NCBI GenBank assembly: GCA_038061755.1
Contig: JBBTYN010000004.1
Coordinates: 3,198-67,197 of the forward strand
Length of the DNA: 64,000 bases
Source of the DNA: Patescibacteria group bacterium
GTDB lineage: Bacteria > Patescibacteriota > Minisyncoccia > Phycocordibacterales > UBA9973
Reading direction: 5' to 3'
Shown here: in pieces, positions 1-10,322 of the stretch
Layout of the letters: the number at the start of each line of letters is the position of its first letter
How positions within the stretch are numbered: the stretch's first letter is position 1
Program-made: the position numbers and the translations under genes
The notes under the pieces: model-generated
What the model was told of the DNA's origin: nothing
Seen by the model: the letters and a program-made list of their open reading frames with translations, nothing else
Databases searched by the model: none

Positions 1-1
1 T

Positions 2-421
2 ACACAATCCGATCAAACAAATTATGGTGGAAACGCTGACCATCACAATCTGCACTATCGCCCGCATGCAAAAGAAGAAAGCAAAGAATTGGCTTTATGT
101 AGCGTTCTTTCTACTGACGATGTAAAACCTATTGCTCGCATGGTGTATACTGAAAAAAATTATGATCATAAGCGAGCATCACTTTTTCTTGTGGGTGAAA
201 TGTTTGGTAAAGTGCCAGCGTCGCTTCATGTTATTCTCGACGATGAAGACAGTCCAAATAGTGGTGGTATTGTTGTAGATGCCATTAGAGCTGCTAGAGT
301 TTTGATAGAAAAGAACGCAACAGAAAAAGCCACAGAACTCGGAGCCTCGCTTATGAAAGCACCTTTTAAACAATTATCTGAAGAAGAATCGTATAGAAAA
401 TTTTCTGAAATTTTGGGTTAG
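2..421 (+). CDS. Hypothetical protein, 5'-partial. The ORF stays open to the window edge (the ORF track starts it at TTG 89 only because of that edge). It is GC-richer than its surroundings.
   Basis: Frame 2 has no stop from nt 2 to TAG at 419-421. I see no recognisable motifs. GC is about 40% versus about 32% in flanking DNA. Confidence 0.4.
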   Translation, partial: TQSDQTNYGGNADHHNLHYRPHAKEESKELALCSVLSTDDVKPIARMVYTEKNYDHKRASLFLVGEMFGKVPASLHVILDDEDSPNSGGIVVDAIRAARVLIEKNATEKATELGASLMKAPFKQLSEEESYRKFSEILG

Positions 422-440
422 AATACACTAAAAGGTATTC

Positions 441-1658
441 TTATTCTTTGTTCTTAAGATTACGCCTTATCTCATGAAGATTATTTCCAATATAGCAAAA
501 AAGCCTGTAATAATATCCTAATGACATTTTTGAATCTTTAGCTTCTATTTTAAACTCTTGTGGTAGATGTTTTTTTTTAAAAAGTAATGAAATAATCTGG
601 TCAGGAGGCATGCGCTCGAGTTCATCCCAAAGAGCGTATCCTTTTATGAGAATGATACAGCGTGCAAGTCTGGTAGCGTATTTCTTAAGGTAGGCAAGTT
701 TATATTCAAAACTATGATTGTTTGAATAATATACCTTTCTAACTAATTGTAAGTATTCCACAGAACGTATAAATATACTTTCAATGTATTGTTCTTTTGT
801 TACTTTTTTATACTGTTCGTGTAATATATCTTTTCCATAGATACATAAACCTTTTGTCACATATTCTAAAACAAATTCTCTTGTGAAAAAAGAAAGGTCG
901 TTTTTTATTTCAGTATTGGTATAAATATGAAAATCAAGATTTTCAAAATATTTTTCAAGAAAAACAAGTAAAGGTGTAATATCTACCTTGTCATCCTTAA
1001 TGACAATAGTCATATCGGTATCATGTATGTCGGCCTTGTGTATTTTTTTGTAAATAGAACCATAAAGAAAAATACAAGTAATATTAGATGCACATGGAAA
1101 TTTTGAAATGTCAGCGCTAATTTTTTCTACAGCAATATTAACTAATCTATTTACCTGATTTACTGATTTAATAAATATATTATAGGCTCGCTTAAGTTCA
1201 GTTTTATTAAAAGTGATAACATTTAAGGCGTCCCGATAAGTATACCATTCTGCAGATTCAATCTTTTTATTTACATCATTCCAATCGGCAGATGTTGGAG
1301 CAAGCTTATTCTCTACGCTAAACACATTAATATATAATTCTTTAAATAGAGTATGTTTTTCATCTAGGTCATAGCTATAACTGTCTGTGGCACAAAGGTC
1401 AATATATTTTAGTTGATCATATTCAATTCCAACTTCTTCTTTTATCTCCCTAAAAGCTGCATCAATTTGGCTTTCTTCCGGTTCTAATTTGCCTTTTGGA
1501 ATCCAAATCTCACCATTACTATGCTTTATTAGAAGTATATAAACACAAAAAGTTTCTTTATCCATGTAGAATATAAAACCACCCGAGGAAACTTTCTTTA
1601 CTATTTCTTTTTGTAACCCAGTTTCTTTTTTAGATTTTTTCAACTTATTTTTTTTCAT
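441..1658 (-). CDS. Fusion protein: N-terminal NUDIX hydrolase domain plus C-terminal Pol-beta-superfamily nucleotidyltransferase domain.
   Basis: The Nudix box GKLEPEESQIDAAFREIKEEVGI is a perfect match to G-x5-E-x7-REUxEExGU. A downstream motif, hGS-x11-DTD (LYGSIYKKIHKADIHDTDMTIV), is typical of minimal/CD-NTase-like nucleotidyltransferases. A helical tail of about 180 aa follows. Confidence 0.6.
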   Translation of the reverse strand: MKKNKLKKSKKETGLQKEIVKKVSSGGFIFYMDKETFCVYILLIKHSNGEIWIPKGKLEPEESQIDAAFREIKEEVGIEYDQLKYIDLCATDSYSYDLDEKHTLFKELYINVFSVENKLAPTSADWNDVNKKIESAEWYTYRDALNVITFNKTELKRAYNIFIKSVNQVNRLVNIAVEKISADISKFPCASNITCIFLYGSIYKKIHKADIHDTDMTIVIKDDKVDITPLLVFLEKYFENLDFHIYTNTEIKNDLSFFTREFVLEYVTKGLCIYGKDILHEQYKKVTKEQYIESIFIRSVEYLQLVRKVYYSNNHSFEYKLAYLKKYATRLARCIILIKGYALWDELERMPPDQIISLLFKKKHLPQEFKIEAKDSKMSLGYYYRLFCYIGNNLHEIRRNLKNKE

Positions 1659-1797
1659 GAATGAATTATATCAATGAATCAAAGAAAGTAAATAGCTACA
1701 TATTGCTGAATTCAATAGCAATAAGTTAATATAGTAAATATATATTATTACTGATACAATCTTTATATGCCCAACGAACTCCAAAACCCAATTTCGT

Positions 1798-1846
1798 ACT
1801 AGCAAGGACAGTTCTTACTAGCAAGGACAGTTCTTGCTAGTAAGAA
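1798..1846. repeat. A 19-bp unit (ACTAGCAAGGACAGTTCTT) repeated twice in tandem, followed by its partial inverse. Together they form a hairpin with a 14-bp stem and the near-palindrome AGCAAGgAC-a-GTTCTTGCT.
   Basis: Direct reading of the sequence. It lies in the divergent promoter region between the NUDIX-NTase gene (minus strand) and ORF 1982 (plus strand). Confidence 0.8.
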
Positions 1847-1981
1847 AAACTGGACACATGGTTTCGTATACAAAAATTTAATCTAATAAGCCCTTGAAAT
1901 AATTTCGTGCAAAAGTTATAATTAGATCATTAGAACTAGAAAATATTGTATTTCAGTTATTATTTATTATAATAGATATAT

Positions 1982-2371
1982 ATGGAAAATTCACAACCAC
2001 AAGGGAAAGAAGGCGCTACATCAGATAAGGTTTTTAATAAAAGAAAGGTGTTTGCCGCAGAAGATAGAGCTAATTCATTAATTGAGCAAGCTAAATTTAA
2101 TGAAGCAATAGAAATCGTAGAACAACTTGAGGTAGAAGTGAACAATATGGTAATGCCTGACAGATTTAGTAAAACAGCAAAGCCTTCTGAGGGTGTATAT
2201 AGTTCCTTTAATGGTGGATTAAATGCTGCAATTTTAAAAGGTTTAACAGAGGATGAATACAAAAGACAAATTTTGTTAATTAATTTACGTGATATAAAAA
2301 ATAAAATTCTTCAGGCAATATCTGATCTTGACTCGGTAATAATAGATATTGAAGCGACAAAACAGGAGTAA
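1982..2371 (+). CDS. Hypothetical protein.
   Basis: ORF of 129 aa with no recognisable motifs. It is transcribed divergently from the NUDIX-NTase gene. Confidence 0.4.
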   Translation: MENSQPQGKEGATSDKVFNKRKVFAAEDRANSLIEQAKFNEAIEIVEQLEVEVNNMVMPDRFSKTAKPSEGVYSSFNGGLNAAILKGLTEDEYKRQILLINLRDIKNKILQAISDLDSVIIDIEATKQE

Positions 2372-2440
2372 TTGTTTAAAATTTGCATCTGAAATATTTT
2401 TCATTTATACTATAAGAAAGGCTAAACACCTTTTATTTTT

Positions 2441-2734
2441 GTGAGTAAAATAGAAAACAATCAAAATAGTTCTGGTCCGTGGTGGAAACCAGCGATGGAG
2501 ATACTGGGTGAAGTTTCGACATGGATTGTCGTGCCTATTGTGTTGGCATTAGTTTTTGGCAAAATGCTTGATGTGCGTTTCGGAACAAAGCCAGTTATAT
2601 TTTTAGTGTTTGCCGGAATTGGTTTTTTAGTCACTTGTTTTGGTATGTATAGGGTTGTAAAGAATTATATAAAAAAATTACAAGACATTAGTCCCGACAA
2701 AAGTCGGGATCTCGACAAAAGTCGGGAAATATAA
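2441..2734 (+). CDS. atpZ: AtpZ/AtpI-like small membrane protein; putative F0F1-ATPase-associated subunit.
   Basis: Two TM helices with the pattern W...G..LD.RFGTKP. It sits immediately upstream of atpB and uses a GTG start. Confidence 0.55.
   Translation: MSKIENNQNSSGPWWKPAMEILGEVSTWIVVPIVLALVFGKMLDVRFGTKPVIFLVFAGIGFLVTCFGMYRVVKNYIKKLQDISPDKSRDLDKSREI
2692..2727 (+). repeat. Two tandem 18-bp hairpin units (tcccgacaaaagtcggga / tctcgacaaaagtcggga) at the 3' end of atpZ. They encode the repeated peptide PDKSRDLDKSRE.
   Basis: Seen directly: a 6-7 bp stem, CCCGAC/GTCGGG, with an AAAA loop, present twice. Confidence 0.75.
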
Positions 2735-2737
2735 TAT

Positions 2738-3583
2738 ATGGAAAAGATATCTCAAGAAATTACACTTTTTGCCGAACCAATATTTCATGCTGGAAGTTTT
2801 ACTGTTACCAATGCTCTTCTAACTTCTTGGGTTGTTGTTGCTATTATTATAATTTTATCTTTCGTTTTACGTTCAAGACTTAAAACAGTTCCTGGTAAAT
2901 TGCAAAATATTTTTGAATTAATAATTGAAAATGCTCTTGGTCTTTGTGACCAAGTTACAAATAGCAGAGCTCTCTCTGTAAAAATTTTTCCAATCGCTAT
3001 ATCAGTTTTTTTCTTTATTTTAATTAATAATTGGTTGGGGATACTTCCTTTCGGTGGTTTTGGAATCATAGAAAAAAGCGAGGAAGGTCTGGCATTTATT
3101 CCATTTCTTCGTGGAGGTACAGCTGATGTAAATACCACAATCGCGCTTGCAGTAATGGCAGTTGTTGGGGCAAATGTCTTTGGTGTTTTTTCGATCGGCC
3201 TATGGAAAACTTTTAATAAATATGTTAATCTAAAGGTGCTCGGGCAAATATTTACAAAAATAAGAGAAGACAAAACTGTAATTATTGTAGCTCCAATCAC
3301 GTTCTTTGTTGGTTTAATTGAAATTATTGGTGAATTTGCAAAAGTTGCTTCGCTTTCATTTCGTCTTTTTGGAAATGTATTTGCTGGAGAAGTCCTTTTG
3401 GTATCGATGGCAGCCCTAGTGGCTTATATCGTTCCGATACCTTTTCTTTTTCTAGAATTACTTGTGGGAGTTATCCAAGCATTGATTTTTTCAATTTTAT
3501 TGGTGGTTTATTTTACTATTGGAGCTACGGACCATGATGAGCATGAATCTGAACACAAGAAACATGCAATAGCCACAGTTTAA
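2738..3583 (+). CDS. atpB: ATP synthase F0 subunit a.
   Basis: Conserved SLSFRLFGNVFAGE motif containing the essential Arg, multiple TM helices, and operon context. Confidence 0.9.
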   Translation: MEKISQEITLFAEPIFHAGSFTVTNALLTSWVVVAIIIILSFVLRSRLKTVPGKLQNIFELIIENALGLCDQVTNSRALSVKIFPIAISVFFFILINNWLGILPFGGFGIIEKSEEGLAFIPFLRGGTADVNTTIALAVMAVVGANVFGVFSIGLWKTFNKYVNLKVLGQIFTKIREDKTVIIVAPITFFVGLIEIIGEFAKVASLSFRLFGNVFAGEVLLVSMAALVAYIVPIPFLFLELLVGVIQALIFSILLVVYFTIGATDHDEHESEHKKHAIATV

Positions 3584-3647
3584 TTTATTATAAATTATTA
3601 GTCGAAATTATTAGCTTGATTAACCCGCTTTGCCGAGGCTTCGGTGA

Positions 3648-3899
<252 letters not shown>

Positions 3900-3910
3900 A
3901 ATTATTATTT

Positions 3911-4024
3911 GAAAATTTAAAATAGTTTCTTTCAAAAAGCAATCTATCTAGCAAAGCTTTGCTAGCGAACTGCTCGGCTCGTCAGCCTGCGCAAGGCTTT
4001 TCTTAAGAACTATTTTAAATTTTC
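3911..4024. repeat. A ~114-bp intergenic element bounded by perfect 17-bp inverted repeats (gaaaatttaaaatagtt / aactattttaaattttc). Inside it is the perfect 18-bp palindrome ctagcaaagctttgctag (3948..3965).
   Basis: Direct reading of the sequence. It fills the atpE-atpF intergenic region. Confidence 0.7.
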
Positions 4025-4035
4025 AAAAACTACCC

Positions 4036-4482
4036 ATGGATTCAATTATTTCAACATTTCATATAGATTGGAAAATTATTATTGCTCAAGCAATCAATTT
4101 CGGAGTTGTTTTTGTTGTTTTATATATTTTTGCTCTTAAGCCACTTTCCAAGCTGATGGTAGAACGTAGTGAAAGAATTTCTAAAGGAATTGATGATGCA
4201 AAAAAATCTAATGAATTGTTGCAACAATCTGCCGAAGAATATAAACAAAATACAATAAAATTAAGACAGATAGCAATTGATTCTCAAAAAGAACTTACTA
4301 AAGAGTTAGATCAATTGAGAGTAAAAAATCTAGATAGAATAAAAGCAGATAATAATGAATGGACAAAAAAGAGAGCGGAGCAGATGGAAATTGATAAAAA
4401 AGTTTTGGTTGAATCAGCAAAAAACGAACTCGTTACACTTGCGATGCTAGCCGTTAAAAAAATTATGGCAGAAAAAAAATAA
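4036..4482 (+). CDS. atpF: ATP synthase F0 subunit b.
   Basis: N-terminal TM helix followed by a long charged coiled coil, plus operon position. Confidence 0.85.
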   Translation: MDSIISTFHIDWKIIIAQAINFGVVFVVLYIFALKPLSKLMVERSERISKGIDDAKKSNELLQQSAEEYKQNTIKLRQIAIDSQKELTKELDQLRVKNLDRIKADNNEWTKKRAEQMEIDKKVLVESAKNELVTLAMLAVKKIMAEKK

Positions 4483-4500
4483 GTAAAAACAAATAAAATA

Positions 4501-4911
4501 ATGGCAAAAATTTCTCCCAAAAATATAGCAGAAGCAGTGTATGAGGCAACAAAAAACAAGTCGGGACAGGGCTTGGCGTTTGTACTTAAACGCTCGGCTC
4601 AAATAATAAAAGAGAAAAGAATGTTGGGTAAGTCTAATGAAGTCTTAAGTGCTTTGCAAAATATTTTTGATAAAAAAACTGGTACTGTTAGAATGAAAGT
4701 AACAACTACGAATAATATAGGGATAGAGGAGAAAAGTAAATTAGAGAGTGAAATTAAAGAAAAATATAAGGCGCAAATTGTGATAGGTGAATTTTTTAAA
4801 AAAGAAGAATTATTAGGCGGAATGAAGATTGAGGTTGGAGATGAAATATTGGATAATACATACAAAAATAAACTTCAGAAATTAGAAAAATTTTTAATAC
4901 AAGAAAAATAA
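4501..4911 (+). CDS. atpH: ATP synthase delta (OSCP) subunit, short form.
   Basis: C-terminal motif ELLGGMKIEVGDEILDNTYKNKLQKL matches the delta C-terminus, plus operon position. At 136 aa it is shorter than typical delta subunits. Confidence 0.75.
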   Translation: MAKISPKNIAEAVYEATKNKSGQGLAFVLKRSAQIIKEKRMLGKSNEVLSALQNIFDKKTGTVRMKVTTTNNIGIEEKSKLESEIKEKYKAQIVIGEFFKKEELLGGMKIEVGDEILDNTYKNKLQKLEKFLIQEK

Positions 4912-4920
4912 AATAAATAT

Positions 4921-6415
4921 ATGTCAAACCATATCGTAGAAATTTTAAAAAAAGAAATAGAAAATTTTAAAACAGAAATTAAGGTTGAAAAAGTGGGTAA
5001 AGTATTAGAAGTTTTTGATGGCATTGCAAAAGTTTCTGGACTTTCAGATATTAAATCTTCTGAAATGGTAACTTTTTTGAATGGTGAGACGGGGGTGGCT
5101 CTTAACTTAGAGGAAGATACAGTCGGGGTAATTATTTTCGGGGAATTTTCTGCTATTAAAGAAGGGGATGAAGTAAAAGCTACTGGAAAAATTCTTGAAA
5201 TTCCAGTTTCTGATAGTATTTTAGGGAGAGTAGTAAATGCCATTGGTGTTCCTATTGATGGCAAGGGCGCTATAAAAGCCGGAAAAAACGGTTTGCAAAC
5301 TTATCCAATTGAAAAAGTGGCTTCAGGTGTTATTACTCGCTTATCTGTCTCAGAACCAGTTTCTACTGGTATAAAGGTTATTGATGCGATTATTCCTATT
5401 GGTCGTGGGCAACGCGAACTTATTATTGGTGATCGCCAAACTGGAAAAACCGCAATCGTTATTGATACAATTCTTAATCAAAAAGGTCAAGATATGATAT
5501 GCGTGTATGTCTCTATTGGTCAAAAAGATTCTAAATTGAGAAAGATTGAAGCGCGATTAGAAGAAGGCGGAGCGATGGCTTATACAGTTATCGTATCAGC
5601 TGGCGCTTCAGAAGCTGCTTCACTTTCTTATGTTGCGCCATATACAGGAGTAACTATTGCGGAATATTTTATGGATCAAGGTAAAGACGTTTTGATTATT
5701 TATGATGATCTTTCTAAACACGCTGTCGCTTATCGTGAAATTTCTCTTTTGCTCCGTCGTCCACCAGGTCGCGAGGCATACCCAGGAGATGTTTTTTATT
5801 TGCATTCTCGTTTGCTTGAACGCGCTTGTCGTAGAAATAAAGAATATGGCGGAGGTTCCATCACAGCTTTGCCTATTATTGAAACACAGGCTGGCGATGT
5901 GTCAGCATATATTCCAACAAATGTTATTTCTATTACTGATGGACAAATTTTTCTAGAAACTGATCTTTTTTATAAAGGTATTAGGCCTGCGGTAAATGTT
6001 GGTCTTTCTGTTTCTCGTGTTGGTTCTAGTGCTCAGATTAAAGCAATGAAAAAAGTGGCTGGGACATTAAAACTCGATTTAGCGCAGTTTCGTGAGCTTG
6101 AAGCATTTGCTCAATTTGGTTCTGATCTTGATGATGCCACCAAGCGCCAGCTTGAACGCGGAAAGAGAGCGGTAGAAGTATTAAAACAGCTTCAATATGC
6201 GCCAGTAAAAATTGAACACCAAATTGTCACGCTTTATGCTCTTACTAAAGGTTTTATGGATGATGTAGCAATTGATAAAATAAAAGAATTTGAACAAGGA
6301 TTCATGGAATATAGTGAACGTAATGCAAAAGTTTTTTATAAACAAATTGCTGAGAAAAAAATGTGGGATGATAAAGGCGAGGAGGAATTAAAAAAAGCAA
6401 TTGAGGATTTTAAAA

Positions 6416-6429
<14 letters not shown>
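4921..6429 (+). CDS. atpA: ATP synthase F1 alpha subunit.
   Basis: Walker A GDRQTGKT and the conserved alpha-subunit core. Confidence 0.95.
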
Positions 6430-8729
<2,300 letters not shown>

Positions 8730-8730
<1 letters not shown>

Positions 8731-8840
8731 AAATTTTGAATAGTTACTTTTAAAAACCCGCATAAAATTCTACTGAATTTTTGCTTAGACTTTGGCCCGT
8801 CGGCCTTCGTATGATTTTAAAAAGTACTATTCAAAATTTT
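8730..8840. repeat. A ~110-bp intergenic element bounded by 15-bp perfect inverted repeats (aaaattttgaatagt / actattcaaaatttt). The ends are related to those of the element at 3911..4024.
   Basis: Direct reading of the sequence. It fills the atpD-atpC intergenic region. Confidence 0.7.
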
Positions 8841-8849
8841 AAAAAATAT

Positions 8850-9296
8850 ATGTCAAAACAATTAAAACTTAAAATAGTAACTCCAGAACGTCTCGTCTTA
8901 GAAGAAATTGTAGACCAAGTAAGTTTGCCGACCACTCTTGGTGAGATAACAGTTTTGCCAGACCATATCTCTTTGATTACTGGTCTTGTGTCTGGAGATG
9001 TTGTTGCGTTCATAAACGGTGAGCATGTGCCAATGGCTGTTGTTGGTGGATTTGTGGAAATAAAGAAGAATAAAGAAGACCAAACAGAAGTTGCTGTACT
9101 AGCAGACTTTGCTGAACATATTACTGAAATTTCAGATATTGCAATAGAGAAAGCAAAAACTCGCGCGGAAGAGTTGAAGAAGTTGATGGAAAATAAAGAA
9201 CATGTGGACTTTGAACACTTTGAAGCTGAACTCGAACGCTCACTTACTCGTGTAAAAATTGCAGACAAATGGAGAACTAGGAAGTATAGGAAATAA
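8850..9296 (+). CDS. atpC: ATP synthase F1 epsilon subunit.
   Basis: Starts MSKQLKLKIVTPERLV, a beta-sandwich plus C-terminal helices. I chose ATG 8850 over the upstream in-frame ATG 8781 of the ORF track. Confidence 0.85.
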   Translation: MSKQLKLKIVTPERLVLEEIVDQVSLPTTLGEITVLPDHISLITGLVSGDVVAFINGEHVPMAVVGGFVEIKKNKEDQTEVAVLADFAEHITEISDIAIEKAKTRAEELKKLMENKEHVDFEHFEAELERSLTRVKIADKWRTRKYRK

Positions 9297-9339
9297 ATTT
9301 ATATTGAGTTATATTTTAAAATTGAGTAGAATTAGGTGA

Positions 9340-9540
9340 GTGAAAAAGGGAAAATTAAAATTTAAAAAAATCATTAAAGATAGAATAGAAAGATCGTGTG
9401 TTGTTTGTGGTAAAAAAATTAAAATTATTTTATACAATGATTATTCATATAGAGGCGGACATTATTTTGCGTTTGGGGACAAAAAACCTAAAGACCCTAA
9501 AAAAGAATATTGGGAATGTTCAAAATGTTATAAAAATTAA
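9340..9540 (+). CDS. Small zinc-ribbon protein with two CxxC pairs.
   Basis: CVVCGKK...CSKCYKN in a 66-aa ORF with a GTG start. Confidence 0.4.
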   Translation: MKKGKLKFKKIIKDRIERSCVVCGKKIKIILYNDYSYRGGHYFAFGDKKPKDPKKEYWECSKCYKN

Positions 9541-9556
9541 ATCTAATTAATAATTT

Positions 9557-10270
9557 ATGTCTAAATTTTATGTGGTGGCGACACCGATAGGAAATATGGG
9601 AGACATTACACTCCGAGCTATCGAAACACTAAAAAGTGTGGATTTGATATTGTGTGAAGATACTCGAGAGACTAAGAAGATTTTAGATAAATATGGTATC
9701 AGTAAAATAACTATGAGTTATCCATCCGATGATGTAATCGGAAAAAACTACAGACAAAGTAAGCTTGCAAAGATTTTAAGATTACTAGAAGAAGGGAAAA
9801 ATTTAGCATTAGTTTCAGACGCTGGTACACCAGGGATTTCTGATCCGGGAGCTTTACTTGTTTCTCAAATCAAAGAGCATTTTAATCCAGCAAGGGGAGT
9901 CCTTGCTGGAAAAGTGCAAGTTATTCCAATTCCGGGTCCTTCAGCCGTTATCGCTGCGCTCTCGGCCTCAGGATTACCAATTCATGAATTCACTTTTCTA
10001 GGTTTTTTGCCACACAAAAAAGGTAGGGAAACATTATTTAAAGAAATTTCGCAAGCAAAAAGAACGATGGTATTTTATGAATCTCCGCATAGAATATTAA
10101 AAACGCTAGAATCTCTTATAAAATATACCCCAAATAAAAAAGTCTGTATTGCTCGAGAATTGACAAAAATTTATGAAGAATTTAAAACAGGTACACCTGT
10201 TGAAGTTTTGGAATATTTTCAAAAGAATAAAGAGAAGCAAAGAGGGGAGTTTGTTGTTATAGTTTCTTGA
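9557..10270 (+). CDS. rsmI: 16S rRNA (cytidine1402-2'-O)-methyltransferase; tetrapyrrole-methylase fold.
   Basis: N-terminus LYVVATPIGNMGDITLRAIETLKSVDLILCEDTRETKKIL is diagnostic of RsmI. Confidence 0.85.
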   Translation: MSKFYVVATPIGNMGDITLRAIETLKSVDLILCEDTRETKKILDKYGISKITMSYPSDDVIGKNYRQSKLAKILRLLEEGKNLALVSDAGTPGISDPGALLVSQIKEHFNPARGVLAGKVQVIPIPGPSAVIAALSASGLPIHEFTFLGFLPHKKGRETLFKEISQAKRTMVFYESPHRILKTLESLIKYTPNKKVCIARELTKIYEEFKTGTPVEVLEYFQKNKEKQRGEFVVIVS

Positions 10271-10273
10271 AAA

Positions 10274-10317
10274 GCCAAAGGGCATCTTTGACACACTTGT
10301 CAAAGATGCCCTTTGGC
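10274..10317. repeat. Nested palindromic element, copy 1, variant A: gccaaagggcatctttgaca-cact-tgtcaaagatgccctttggc. It lies between the convergent genes rsmI and priA.
   Basis: Perfect 20-bp arms. Sits between two converging genes. Confidence 0.9.
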
Positions 10318-10322
10318 AGGAT

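Noticed and set aside
1659-1981. A 323-bp gene-free region as a possible ncRNA (RNase P, tmRNA, SRP or 6S RNA).
   Set aside because: None of the conserved motifs of these RNAs are present (no GGAAAGUCCGG-like P4 or tRNA-like tmRNA ends). The region is AT-rich promoter-like sequence plus the tandem repeat.
1798-2727. Possible CRISPR array suggested by tandem direct repeats.
   Set aside because: Each repeat has only two copies with no intervening unique spacers of regular size, and there are no cas genes nearby. These are simple tandem duplications or hairpins.
2785-3300. Antisense ORFs embedded in confident genes (for example 2785..3300-, 8831..9268-, 16026..16535-, 35372..35761-, 45432..45704-, 53318..53602-).
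   Set aside because: They overlap, on the opposite strand, genes with strong conserved motifs. Their products are low-complexity and motif-free, which is typical of spurious ORFs in AT-rich DNA.
6401-6415. TTG start for atpG given by the ORF track.
   Set aside because: The in-frame ATG at 6416 gives the canonical gamma N-terminus [11 protein letters not shown]; the upstream extension is probably read-through of the frame.
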